Part shown: piece after piece, positions 39,581 to 49,475 of the stretch
How the letters are laid out: the number at the start of each line of letters is the position of its first letter
Position numbering within the stretch: the first letter of the stretch is position 1
Assembly (NCBI GenBank): GCA_023266055.1
Contig: JAHFRW010000003.1
Coordinates: forward strand, 202-64,201
Length of the DNA stretch: 64,000 nucleotides
Direction of reading: 5' to 3'
From: Gammaproteobacteria bacterium
GTDB taxonomy: Bacteria > Pseudomonadota > Gammaproteobacteria > Ga0077554 > Ga007554
Notes under the pieces: model-generated
Told to the model about the DNA's origin: nothing
Seen by the model: only the letters and a program-made list of their open reading frames with translations
The model's database searches: none
Position numbers and translations under genes: made by a program

Positions 39581-39940
39581 TTAAAATACGATGCTGTCAT
39601 AACGTTGTTCCTGGGCGATCACCGCAATGCTCACCCGATTTGGCAGGCACGCCGCGAATTCACCCCCTTGACCCAGCCAGCCAGTGTGCACACACTGCTT
39701 TCCCCGGCAGGGTGAGCTGACAAAACGTGCCTTGCCGTCATGAATATCAATCACACTGGCGCCTAATGGGCCCGGTACTGTAATGTGTTTGTTTTCGTGC
39801 AATGAGAGTACCATTGTTTCCTTGCCATTCACCATGACGCGCAGCTCGTTTCCCTGTTGAGATGATCCCCAATAGGTTATGTAAAGAAATGGCAGTAACG
39901 CGACGGCGAGTATCACCACTACTATATCGGCACGTGTCAT
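39581..39940 (-). CDS. NusG domain II-containing membrane-anchored protein
   Basis: 119 aa; N-terminal TM helix then beta-rich domain with CxGxxC (SPCRGKQCVHTGW); sits between ApbE and Gx transporter. Confidence 0.55.
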   Translation of the reverse strand: MTRADIVVVILAVALLPFLYITYWGSSQQGNELRVMVNGKETMVLSLHENKHITVPGPLGASVIDIHDGKARFVSSPCRGKQCVHTGWLGQGGEFAACLPNRVSIAVIAQEQRYDSIVF

Positions 39941-40989
39941 GGCAATGTGCTGATAGTCATGTGGGGTGTTGGGTTAGACTCAAAATGTATGCGCTCTGCC
40001 ATCGCAGGTGTCATGGTGACCTGTCCTTTATCGTCCATTATCATGATGTATTGAATGCCCATTTTTTTTGCAATTTCGCGCCAGCGCTGTGGGCCTGCAA
40101 CAAACAGGGCGGTAGATGCGGCATCTGCGGTGGCGGCATCATGGTATATCACGGTGACCGAAGTGAATCCGTTGGCTGGATAGCCGGTGCGTGGATCAAG
40201 AATATGGTGATAGCGCTTGCCTTTGTACTCAAAAAATCTTTCATAATCCCCTGAAGTCAATATGCTTTCGTCGTCATGTGCCTCGATAGAAGCCAGTATG
40301 CCCGGCGCACGGGGGTGGCGTATGCCAATGCGCCACGGGCGGTCACCGTGTTTGCCAATAACACGCAGATTACCGCCGGCATTTACAATGGCATTATGAA
40401 TGCCAAGAGCGCGCAATTTGTCAATTGCCAGATCGACGGCGTATCCCTTGGCAATCGCACCAAAATCAAGTTGTACATTGGTGTTATGGCTTTGCAGCTG
40501 ATTATGAGTCAGTGTCAGGTTCTGCATTTTGGGTTGCAGGGCAGTAGTGGCATTTATTTCAGCATCATCAGGCGGCGTGCTCTCCGGCAAGTCATCCTGC
40601 TGAAATCCCCATAGTTTCACCAGTTTTCCCATTGCAGGGTTAAACAGGCCATCGCTGGCATCGGACAATGCCATGGATTTTTGTACCAATGGAACCATCG
40701 AAGGCGGTACCGTTGCGGACTGCCCCGAGGCCAGCATTTTATTCAGACGGGTCAGCGGGCTGTCATGCCAGGCATGCCATTCGTTGTGCATGTTCTCCAG
40801 ATCTGTTGAGATTTGAGCGATAGCCTGTTGGGCCTGCTGTTTGTCTGTACCCCAGATGCTGATATCTACCAGTGTGCCAAACAGCAGAAATTGCTGTTGA
40901 TGCAGTTGTGCCTGCTGCGTGCTGCATGCCGTGAGTAGCAGTATGAGTGCCAGAGTAAATCCGTGTGATTTTTTATGGGGAAAAGTCAC
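39937..40989 (-). CDS. apbE: FAD:protein FMN transferase ApbE (lipoprotein)
   Basis: 350 aa; lipobox LLTACS; ApbE family core (DFGAIAKGYAVD...). Confidence 0.85.
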   Translation of the reverse strand: MTFPHKKSHGFTLALILLLTACSTQQAQLHQQQFLLFGTLVDISIWGTDKQQAQQAIAQISTDLENMHNEWHAWHDSPLTRLNKMLASGQSATVPPSMVPLVQKSMALSDASDGLFNPAMGKLVKLWGFQQDDLPESTPPDDAEINATTALQPKMQNLTLTHNQLQSHNTNVQLDFGAIAKGYAVDLAIDKLRALGIHNAIVNAGGNLRVIGKHGDRPWRIGIRHPRAPGILASIEAHDDESILTSGDYERFFEYKGKRYHHILDPRTGYPANGFTSVTVIYHDAATADAASTALFVAGPQRWREIAKKMGIQYIMIMDDKGQVTMTPAMAERIHFESNPTPHMTISTLP

Positions 40990-41041
40990 TCTGCACCTTG
41001 ATTTTATATAGCGCTATATCTTGAAACAGCCTCTGAATAAA

Positions 41042-41998
41042 TCAGAGGTCTCCTAGCTTTGTCTCAATGCAATCCATTAACCATCCACTGATATTTAAAT
41101 CATAAATGGTATCAAGTTCACGTATACAGGTGGGGCTGGTCACGTTAATTTCCGTAAGATAATCACCAATCACATCCAGGCCTACAAACATCAAGCCTTT
41201 GGCACGTAACGTCGGCCCCACCTGCTCACATATCCATAGATCACGCTCGCTCAACGGTACGCCTTCACCGTGCCCTCCCGCCGCTAAATTGGCACGTGTT
41301 TCTCCAGGTGCGGCAATACGCGCCAATGCAAAGGGAATGGGGCGACCATCAATCAGTAAAATACGTTTATCACCTTCACTTATTTCAGGTATAAAGCGTT
41401 GTGCCATCACAAAGCGCGTCTCATGCCCGGTAATGGTTTCAATAATCACATTGATATTCGGGTCATTTTCGTGCAGGCGAAATATGGAAGCGCCGCCCAT
41501 GGCATCCAATGGTTTAAGAATAATGTCACCGTGTTCATGGAGAAACTCGCGTAATTGAGCAGCATTCCGGCTAATCAGTGTTGCGGTACAACATTGCGGA
41601 AACCAGGTGGTGTAGGCTTTTTCATTGACGTCGCGCAGACTTTGCGGTTTATTGATGACTAATACACCATCATCTTCGGCATGTTCGAGTAGATAAGTTG
41701 TGTAAATATACTCCATGTCAAATGGGGGGTCTTTGCGCATCAGGATGACATCAAGTTCGTCCATGGTTTTGAGGCTGGGCTGCCCCAATTCAAACCAATG
41801 ATCCGGATCATGACTGACGGTTAATGACCGCATTTGCGCATATGCCTTGCCATCACGTAGAAACAAATTATGCTGTTCCATGTAATACAGAATCCAGTCG
41901 CGTGCCTGGGCTTCCAGCAACATTGCCAATGTGCTGTCCTTTTTTGGGTTGATGGAGTCAATGGGATCCATGACTACACCCATGTTTGTCGTGCTCAT
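41042..41998 (-). CDS. gshB: glutathione synthetase
   Basis: 318 aa; near-collinear with E. coli GshB (VMDPI..I..KKDS...ILMRKDPPFD...NKPQSLRD.NEK...SPTCIRE). Confidence 0.93.
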   Translation of the reverse strand: MSTTNMGVVMDPIDSINPKKDSTLAMLLEAQARDWILYYMEQHNLFLRDGKAYAQMRSLTVSHDPDHWFELGQPSLKTMDELDVILMRKDPPFDMEYIYTTYLLEHAEDDGVLVINKPQSLRDVNEKAYTTWFPQCCTATLISRNAAQLREFLHEHGDIILKPLDAMGGASIFRLHENDPNINVIIETITGHETRFVMAQRFIPEISEGDKRILLIDGRPIPFALARIAAPGETRANLAAGGHGEGVPLSERDLWICEQVGPTLRAKGLMFVGLDVIGDYLTEINVTSPTCIRELDTIYDLNISGWLMDCIETKLGDL

Positions 41999-43344
41999 GT
42001 TTTTGTGCCTGCGCCGGGCAGGATGCCCGAGTGCGGTGAGCGCAGGGATGCGCTAGAAGCGCCGATTTCCCGCGCTGCCGCAAGCAGTGCCAGGCGAGCG
42101 ATGACCCCATAAGCATAGAAACGGTTAGGGTGGGCGTCAGGATCTTTGTGGGGATCGGGATTATTGCAAGGCTCCGCAAATGCCAATGGCTCAAACTGCA
42201 TACCGGGAGAATTCAGGTTTTCGTTGGGACCACGTGTCGTGTGTACGCGGTAAAAGCCACCTACTACAAAGCGATCGACCATATATACCACCGGTTCCGC
42301 CACCTTTTGTGCGTCACCCCAGGTTTCAAAGGTATATACGCCCTCTTGAATAATAACCTGTGTGACATCCTGTCCACCTTTTGTTGCTGCCATGTGTGTG
42401 CGTTGTTTTCGGTTTAACTCATAAATTTCCCTGGAAGAGTGCACAGTCATAATGCCCATGCCGTAGGTGCCCGCATCGGCTTTCACGATCACAAAGGGTT
42501 TCTTGTCCAGGTGGTATTCATCATATTTACGTTGAATGGAATTCAGCAAGCCATCGACGTTGGTTGCCAGACATTCTTCACCCTCACGCTTCATGAAGTT
42601 GATTTCACCGCATTGACGGAACAGTGGATCAATCAACCATGGATCAATATCAATAATTTCCGAAAATTCCTGTGCAACACGTCGATAGTGAGTGAAGTGA
42701 CCGGACTTTAAACGGCTGAACCATCCCAGATCCAGCGGCGGCATGACAGGTTGTTCCAGCCCTTCAAGAATTTCGGGATGGCCTGCCGAAAAATCATTAT
42801 TCAGTAATATCATGCAAGGAAAAAAATCCTTGACACCAACGCGATCGCCAACCCGTAATAAGGGTTCAAGCTCAAGCGTGCGCCCTGAAGGTAACTCGAT
42901 GGTGCGTGATTCCGCGAGGTCTTCGATCAATGAACCCAGGCGTACTTCAAATCCGGCTTTGTTAAACATGCTGACCAGGGTGGACAGATTTTCAAGATAA
43001 AATAAATTACGTGTATGACTTTCGGGAATGATCAAGACCTTTGCTGCGCGTGGACAAACGCGTTCTACCGCTGATTGTATTGCCTGGATACACAGCGGTA
43101 TAAATGCCGGATTGAGATTATTGAATCCCGCCGGAAACAGATTGGTGTCTACGGGGGCCAGCTTAAATCCCGAGTTACGCAAGTCCACGGAGGCATAAAA
43201 GGGTGGGGGCGTTTCCAGCCATTGATTTCGTAACCACCATTCAATCGCGGCCTGATGGCTCAATAAGTGGCGTTCGAGTTGTAATAACGGGCCCGTCAAC
43301 ACCGTTGTCAGGTGCGGTACTTCATGCAGATGCTCAATGCTCAT
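41995..43344 (-). CDS. gshA: glutamate--cysteine ligase, proteobacterial 'ferrooxidans-type' family
   Basis: 449 aa; 4-bp overlap upstream of gshB; resembles the short GshA family rather than the E. coli GshA type. Confidence 0.75.
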   Translation of the reverse strand: MSIEHLHEVPHLTTVLTGPLLQLERHLLSHQAAIEWWLRNQWLETPPPFYASVDLRNSGFKLAPVDTNLFPAGFNNLNPAFIPLCIQAIQSAVERVCPRAAKVLIIPESHTRNLFYLENLSTLVSMFNKAGFEVRLGSLIEDLAESRTIELPSGRTLELEPLLRVGDRVGVKDFFPCMILLNNDFSAGHPEILEGLEQPVMPPLDLGWFSRLKSGHFTHYRRVAQEFSEIIDIDPWLIDPLFRQCGEINFMKREGEECLATNVDGLLNSIQRKYDEYHLDKKPFVIVKADAGTYGMGIMTVHSSREIYELNRKQRTHMAATKGGQDVTQVIIQEGVYTFETWGDAQKVAEPVVYMVDRFVVGGFYRVHTTRGPNENLNSPGMQFEPLAFAEPCNNPDPHKDPDAHPNRFYAYGVIARLALLAAAREIGASSASLRSPHSGILPGAGTKT

Positions 43345-43651
43345 GCAGGCTGTTGTCCTTATGAGGTCGATTGAAAATGAATAATGTAACGTATTTTAGC
43401 ATTGGGTGATGTTCCTTGGGGAATTGATGGTGAGATCTGAAAAGGAAGGGGTTTACATTAAATCTGTTGACTGCTAACTTATTAATTTTATTGATATAGA
43501 TATAATGTCATTTATGGGGGGCATTCCCTGGCAGGCTGCTGAAAAACAGCTTGCCAAGGATGACCGGGTTGATGAGCCGTGGTGTTTTTTGTAAGGTTCG
43601 TGGTTTTTCCTCGACTAATACCAGAATGCGTATTTATCCAGATCGCATCGA

Positions 43652-45898
43652 ATGTTGTCAAATACACTCTACATATTGCGCACGGCATATTTTATGGCTG
43701 AAAAGGGATACATGAAAAAAATTGCCATTATTTTGTTGCTTGTGGTCGGCATGGCACTGTTTTTCAGTTTTGGTCTTGACCATTATCTGACGCTCGAAGC
43801 GCTCAAGGCAAGTTACAGTACGTTTGCCTCCTTGCAGGCGCAATCCCCGTGGTGGGTTGCCGCCGGATTTTTTATGATGTATGTCCTTGTGGCAGCACTG
43901 TCACTGCCAGGCGCGGCAATCATGACGTTGGCGGGTGGTGCGTTGTTTGGTTTATGGGGGGGCGTAATTCTGGTGTCCTTTGCATCAAGCATTGGCGCCA
44001 CCGCCGCGTTTCTGGTCTCGCGTTATGTGTTTCGTGATAGTGTTCAGCGTCGTTTTGGTGATCGACTCCATGCCCTCAATGATGGCATGGAAAAACAAGG
44101 GGCGCTGTATCTTTTTACGCTGCGGCTGGTACCCGCATTTCCATTTTTTCTGGTTAATTTGCTGATGGGATTGACCTCTATCCGCATGGTTACTTTTTAT
44201 TGGGTAAGTCAGGTGGGTATGCTGGCGGGTACGCTGGTGTATGTGAATGCAGGCACGCAGCTTGCCCAAATCAATAGTCTATCTGGTATTGTTTCGCCAG
44301 GGTTGCTGTTATCTTTTGTTTTACTCGGTGTATTTCCCTTGATTGCGAAGCGGTTCATTGACTGGGTTCAACGGCGGCGTGTTTATGCCCATGATACCCG
44401 CTGGAAGCGCCCGAAGTCCTTCGATCGCAATTTGATTGTGATCGGTGGCGGCGCTGCCGGATTGGTGACATCTTATATTGCTGCGGCCGTTAAAGCCAGG
44501 GTTACACTTGTTGAAGCACACAAGATGGGTGGAGACTGTCTGAACTATGGTTGTGTGCCGAGCAAGGCGCTCATCAGAAGCGCCAAGCTTGCACGCCAGA
44601 TGGCGTCTGCGGGTCGTTATGGATTGGAGTATGCAACACCACAACATGCTTCTGAGACTGCGTTACCGCGTTTCAATTTCAAGGCAGTGATGACACGTAT
44701 TCATGAGATTATTCGTGCCGTAGAACCTCATGACAGCATTGAGCGTTATACCCGACTGGGTGTTGAGGTATTGCAGGGTTACGCAAAAATTGTTGATCCG
44801 TGGACAGTAGAAATTGCGTTGAACGATGGTGGAGTACAACGACTAACGACACGCAGTATTGTCATCGCCGCCGGTGCACGACCCCTGATTCCACCGTTGC
44901 CGGGCCTCGACGAGGTGGGTTATGTGACGAGCGATACGCTATGGGAAGAATTTTCAAAACTTGATGTGCCTCCGCAACGTTTGTTGGTGCTGGGGGGTGG
45001 GCCGATTGGCTGTGAGTTAGCCCAGAGCTTCGCTCGACTGGGTTCTAGGGTAACCCTCGTGCAGTCTGGTGAGCACATCATGGCACGGGAAGACGAAGAG
45101 GTATCGATATTGGCGCGTGCAGCACTCGAAGCCGATGGCGTCACCGTGTTGACTCAGCACAAGGGTTTACGTTGCGAGAAAGTGGGCGATAGAAAGATAC
45201 TCGTTCTTGAGTATCACGGTGTGGAAAAGCGTGTCGAATTCGATGTTTTACTATGTGCTGTAGGGCGGGTGGCTCGGCTGACGGGTTACGGTTTGGAGGC
45301 GCTGGGTATTCCCACACACCGCACCGTGATTACCAATGAATTTCTGGAAACACTTTACCCTAATATTTTTGCTGCCGGTGATGTTGCCGGGCCTTACCAG
45401 TTAACGCATATCGCTGCGCATCAGGCCTGGTATGCTGCAGTTAATGCATTGTTTGGAGAGTTCAAAAAATTCAAGGTGGATTATTCGGCGGTACCCTGGG
45501 CTACATTTCTGGATCCGGAAATAGCGCGCGTGGGCTTGAATGAGCAGGATGCCAGAGCCAAAGGCATTCCTTACGAAATCACACGTTACGGTTTGGATGA
45601 TCTCGACCGGGCCATTGCAGATAGTGCGGCACACGGATTTGTTAAAGTGCTCACTATTCCGGGCAGGGATCGTATTCTTGGTGTCACTATTGTGGGTGAA
45701 CATGCGGGTGATCTATTGGCCGAGTTTGTGCTGGCGATGCGGCATGGTTTGGGTTTAAACAAGATTCTCGGCACCATTCATACGTATCCTACACTTGCCG
45801 AGGCCAACAAGTACGCGGCGGGCGAATGGAAACGCGCGCATATGCCGCACCGCCTGCTCGCATGGGTGGAGCGTTATCATGCCTGGAAGCGAGGCTAA
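43652..45898 (+). CDS. fusion protein: DedA/TVP38-family membrane domain + class I pyridine nucleotide-disulfide oxidoreductase (Lpd/MerA/Gor-like)
   Basis: 748 aa; N-terminal DedA-like TM region; FAD GxGxxG VIGGGAAG; redox-active GGDCLNYGCVPSK; C-terminal dimerisation domain; likely true start MKKIAII at 43712. Confidence 0.8.
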   Translation: MLSNTLYILRTAYFMAEKGYMKKIAIILLLVVGMALFFSFGLDHYLTLEALKASYSTFASLQAQSPWWVAAGFFMMYVLVAALSLPGAAIMTLAGGALFGLWGGVILVSFASSIGATAAFLVSRYVFRDSVQRRFGDRLHALNDGMEKQGALYLFTLRLVPAFPFFLVNLLMGLTSIRMVTFYWVSQVGMLAGTLVYVNAGTQLAQINSLSGIVSPGLLLSFVLLGVFPLIAKRFIDWVQRRRVYAHDTRWKRPKSFDRNLIVIGGGAAGLVTSYIAAAVKARVTLVEAHKMGGDCLNYGCVPSKALIRSAKLARQMASAGRYGLEYATPQHASETALPRFNFKAVMTRIHEIIRAVEPHDSIERYTRLGVEVLQGYAKIVDPWTVEIALNDGGVQRLTTRSIVIAAGARPLIPPLPGLDEVGYVTSDTLWEEFSKLDVPPQRLLVLGGGPIGCELAQSFARLGSRVTLVQSGEHIMAREDEEVSILARAALEADGVTVLTQHKGLRCEKVGDRKILVLEYHGVEKRVEFDVLLCAVGRVARLTGYGLEALGIPTHRTVITNEFLETLYPNIFAAGDVAGPYQLTHIAAHQAWYAAVNALFGEFKKFKVDYSAVPWATFLDPEIARVGLNEQDARAKGIPYEITRYGLDDLDRAIADSAAHGFVKVLTIPGRDRILGVTIVGEHAGDLLAEFVLAMRHGLGLNKILGTIHTYPTLAEANKYAAGEWKRAHMPHRLLAWVERYHAWKRG

Positions 45899-45980
45899 GA
45901 GCCTGTTTACGATCTCGCTGAAGGGCGCTTCGCTGCGCTAAAACCCTTCGCCGCGCTCTTCCCTTGGTCGAGATCGTGAC
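45899..45980. repeat. REP/MITE-like palindromic intergenic element, copy B
   Basis: fills the entire 87-bp convergent gap; core ATCTCGCTGAAGGGCGCTTCGC...CGCTCTTCCCTTGGTCGAGAT matches copy A at 15182-15246. Confidence 0.6.
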
Positions 45981-45985
45981 AGACG

Positions 45986-46909
45986 CTAAAGTTTTTCACC
46001 CCAGCGTAACTTGGTGCGCAGGATTTGGTAATGGTCATGATCAGCTGGGTGCACCAATCGCACAGGTGGATTCTGTTTGTGTATATGAATTTGATCACCT
46101 TCGAGCAATCCGGCATTAATCTGTCCATCACAGGTGAGCTGCGCACGGTCATGATGGCATTCAATGATTGCGATGGAAATCCGGCTATCACTGTTAACCA
46201 CGATAGGCCGGTTACTCAGGGTGTGTGGGCAGATCGGTACCAGTGCCAACGCGTTCAATGTCGGATGTAAAATGGGTCCGCCTCCCGACAATGCATACGC
46301 AGTGGAACCCGTGGGCGTGGCGACAATCAGGCCATCCGAGCGCTGGCTATTAACAAACTGACCATTGATATAGGTCTCAAACTCGATCATGCGTGCCATG
46401 TTCCATTTGTGAATCACGGCATCATTGAATGCAGTGCTGGTACTGATTTGCTGGCCATTGCGTTCCACGGTAGCGGAGATCAGGCAACGTTCTTCCAGCA
46501 AATAATGACCATGCAGGATTTCCTCCATGCGGTCTATCATTAATGCCGGTGAGATGTCGGCAAGAAACCCGAGTCGACCCAGATTAACCCCAGCAAGAGG
46601 AATGCCATATTCGGCCAGGGCGCGCGCAGCATTGAGCAGTGTACCATCACCCCCTACCACCATCACCAGATCACATTGCGTGCCAATCTCCTGACGACTG
46701 GCGGTTTCCATGGTATGACCGGGGTACGTGAGTGCTGTATTTTCATCCAGCAATACCCGTACGCCGCGGGCGCGTAAATGTGCGTGTAACGTATGCAATG
46801 TTTCGCCCACAAGTGGAGTACCATGCTTGCCGAGCAGGCCAATCGTGGTAAACGTGGCGGGTACTTCCTTGAGCATGGCGCCGGTTACTCCCGTATTAGC
46901 GTTATTCAA
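45986..46909 (-). CDS. nadK: NAD kinase
   Basis: 307 aa; GGDGT motif and NAD kinase family core. Confidence 0.9.
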   Translation of the reverse strand: MNNANTGVTGAMLKEVPATFTTIGLLGKHGTPLVGETLHTLHAHLRARGVRVLLDENTALTYPGHTMETASRQEIGTQCDLVMVVGGDGTLLNAARALAEYGIPLAGVNLGRLGFLADISPALMIDRMEEILHGHYLLEERCLISATVERNGQQISTSTAFNDAVIHKWNMARMIEFETYINGQFVNSQRSDGLIVATPTGSTAYALSGGGPILHPTLNALALVPICPHTLSNRPIVVNSDSRISIAIIECHHDRAQLTCDGQINAGLLEGDQIHIHKQNPPVRLVHPADHDHYQILRTKLRWGEKL

Positions 46910-47071
46910 ATGGCAACACCCGCAAACTTACCATGGTGCAGCCTGGACGCCAACCTGTGTATCAGCAATAAATGTCATGATTACGGGTTATCGAGGGTAA
47001 TTGCAAGGGATGTGCTGAGCGACCATGCGGAGGGAGAAGGGGAGTCGTCGATGCGCAGGAGGTGTATCACA

Positions 47072-47101
47072 AACGGGGATTACGTTAACGTAATCCCCGT
47101 T
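47072..47101. terminator. perfect 30-bp palindrome 3' of yccA (terminator / binding-site candidate)
   Basis: AACGGGGATTACG-TTAA-CGTAATCCCCGTT, 29 bp downstream of the yccA stop. Confidence 0.4.
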
Positions 47102-47129
47102 GCCCGGTTCGGGAAAGCGAATTCAGTGA

Positions 47130-47798
47130 TTAATCATCACCACTGGCTGCGCCAAAAATATGCAACAGGCTGGCAAATAAATTATAGATGCTGACATACA
47201 ATGCAACTGTTGCAATAATGTAATTGGTTTCACCACCGTGAATGAGCTGGCTGGTTTCATACAGAATCAAACCCGAAGCAAGCAGCACAAACATGGCGGA
47301 CACGGCCAGTGCCAGCATGGGCATCTCGAAGAATATGGCACCCAAACCGGCCAGGAAAGCTACCATGACCCCCACAAACAGAAAGCCTCCCATAAAGCTG
47401 AAGTCTTTGCGAGTGGTCAAGGCATAGGCCGACAGCCCCAGGAACAGCACACCAGTGGCACCCATGGCGTTCATGACCACTTGGCCACCATTGGGCAGGC
47501 TCAGGTAGTGACTGATAATCGGGCCAAGGGTAATGCCCATGAAACCTGTAAGGCCAAATACCGCCAGCAGGCCCCACGCGCTGTTCTTCAGCTTGTAGGT
47601 CAGGAACAGCAGGCCGAAGTAACCCACCAGGGTAACGATGATGCCAGGGTGGGGCAGGTTCAAGGCAATAGAAGTGCCCGCCATCGCGGCGCTAAATAAC
47701 AGCGTCATTGACAGCAGCATATAAGTGTTTTTAATCAGCTTGTTAGTGGCAGCAGCGGTGCCAGTAGCATGAGTGACAGGTTGCTGATAGGTGTTCAT
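47130..47798 (-). CDS. yccA: Bax inhibitor-1/YccA family membrane protein (FtsH modulator)
   Basis: 222 aa, 7 TM, characteristic BI-1 family hydrophobic pattern and C-terminal charged tail. Confidence 0.85.
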   Translation of the reverse strand: MNTYQQPVTHATGTAAATNKLIKNTYMLLSMTLLFSAAMAGTSIALNLPHPGIIVTLVGYFGLLFLTYKLKNSAWGLLAVFGLTGFMGITLGPIISHYLSLPNGGQVVMNAMGATGVLFLGLSAYALTTRKDFSFMGGFLFVGVMVAFLAGLGAIFFEMPMLALAVSAMFVLLASGLILYETSQLIHGGETNYIIATVALYVSIYNLFASLLHIFGAASGDD

Positions 47799-48027
47799 GG
47801 GCGCACTATCTCCTTAAATTGAAAGTCAGTCAAGGCTATACAATGTGAATAGGTTCAATACTCATTGGAGTATATGAATGTCATAATAGTTCCAATGAGT
47901 TTATCGGTATTTGGCAGGGATTGCTATACTAAAATCCGGCGTTTTATAACAGTCTCGATGAATTTCAGTGGAATCCTGGAGTGCTTTTGGGTTATCCTTC
48001 CGCCGATATCTTGGTTGGTTTGCTTAT

Positions 48028-48115
48028 GGAGAGGTGGCTGAGCGGTCTAAAGCGACGGTCTTGAAAACCGTTGAAGGGAGACCTTCCGTGGGTTCGAATC
48101 CCACCCTCTCCGCCA
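48028..48115 (+). tRNA. tRNA-Ser (anticodon UGA), class II with long variable arm
   Basis: GGAGAGGTGGCTGAGCGGTCTAAAGCGACGGTCTTGAAAACCGTTGAAGGGAGACCTTCCGTGGGTTCGAATCCCACCCTCTCCGCCA; anticodon loop CTTGAAA. Confidence 0.85.
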
Positions 48116-48147
48116 TTCCCCCCGCCCGATGATATAAACTGTTTTTT

Positions 48148-49080
48148 ATGAATTCCCTTCCCCCTGCCATTTTCCTGATGGGCCCCACTGCGGCGGGAAA
48201 AACAGACCTGGCCCTGGAGTTGGTGCGGCATTTGCCGTGCGACATCATTAGCGTTGATTCGGCGCTGATCTACCGCGATATGGATATTGGTACCGCCAAA
48301 CCTGACCCTGTACAATTGGCGGTAGCCCCCCATCGTCTGATTGATATTCGTGACCCTGCCGAAGCCTATTCCGCGGCGCAGTTTCGGCGCGATGCGCTGC
48401 ATGAAATGGCGCAAATAACACAGGTTGGCCGCATCCCCCTGTTAGTGGGGGGGACGATGCTGTATTTTCGGGCATTGGAATACGGGTTGTCTGATTTACC
48501 GGCAGCAGATGATGGGGTGCGTGCACGGCTTGGAGCCGAGTTGCAGCACAATGGCCTGGCTCATCTGCATGCCCGTTTAGCGCAGGTGGACCCGCGTGCA
48601 GCAGCGCGTATTCACCCGCATGATACACAACGTATCCAGCGCGCTCTGGAAGTGTATGATGTCAGCGGTATGTCCTTAAGTGATTTGCTGGACAAGCCGC
48701 AAGGCATGCTGTTTCCCTATCGGGCCATAAAGATTGCCGTGTTACCTGAAGATCGTGCCGAACTACATCGACGTATCGAAGTACGTTTTCGTGCGATGCT
48801 GGCACAGGGTTTTATTGATGAGGTAGCCCGGCTGCGTAGCCGGGGTGATTTGCATCCTGGGTTGCCTGCGTTACGGGCCGTAGGCTATCGGCAAATGTGG
48901 CGTTATCTGGAAGGGGAGATCAGCTATGACCATATGGTTGAACAGGGTATTTTTGCCACACGCCAGTTCGCCAAACGGCAATTGACCTGGTTACGTTCCG
49001 CGCATGACACGACAAGATTTGATATTTCTGAAAATATTTTTGATAAGGCCTTGAAACATTTGATAGATACCCTGATCTAA
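48148..49080 (+). CDS. miaA: tRNA dimethylallyltransferase
   Basis: 310 aa; P-loop GPTAAGKT; miaA-hfq-hflX-hflK-hflC synteny. Confidence 0.92.
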   Translation: MNSLPPAIFLMGPTAAGKTDLALELVRHLPCDIISVDSALIYRDMDIGTAKPDPVQLAVAPHRLIDIRDPAEAYSAAQFRRDALHEMAQITQVGRIPLLVGGTMLYFRALEYGLSDLPAADDGVRARLGAELQHNGLAHLHARLAQVDPRAAARIHPHDTQRIQRALEVYDVSGMSLSDLLDKPQGMLFPYRAIKIAVLPEDRAELHRRIEVRFRAMLAQGFIDEVARLRSRGDLHPGLPALRAVGYRQMWRYLEGEISYDHMVEQGIFATRQFAKRQLTWLRSAHDTTRFDISENIFDKALKHLIDTLI

Positions 49081-49208
49081 ACAAAGTTCGATAACAACTA
49101 TGTTATCATTATCGAAAGATGTATCCTAGATGATGTGAGGCTTTATCAAGCTTAATATTGTGAGATACCGACATGGATAACATAACCAAAAACAAAGGAG
49201 ATACAACT

Positions 49209-49469
49209 ATGACCAAAGGGCAAAGCATACAAGACCCTTTTTTAAATGCTCTACGCAAGGAACGCGTGCCTGTGTCGATCTATCTGGTAAATGGGATAAA
49301 ATTGCAAGGTCAAATTGAATCGTTTGACCAGTTTGCGGTGCTGCTAAAAAATACCATCAGTCAAATGGTGTACAAACACGCCATCTCTACAATTGTGCCA
49401 GCACGCAACGTGAAATTGCCAGGCAGCAATGATACGCCAGCCGATGTCAATGAAAGTGAAGACGAATAA
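49209..49469 (+). CDS. hfq: RNA chaperone Hfq
   Basis: [62 protein letters not shown] Sm motifs; start set at MTKGQS (ORF extends to 49173). Confidence 0.93.
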   Translation: MTKGQSIQDPFLNALRKERVPVSIYLVNGIKLQGQIESFDQFAVLLKNTISQMVYKHAISTIVPARNVKLPGSNDTPADVNESEDE

Positions 49470-49475
49470 TCCCCA

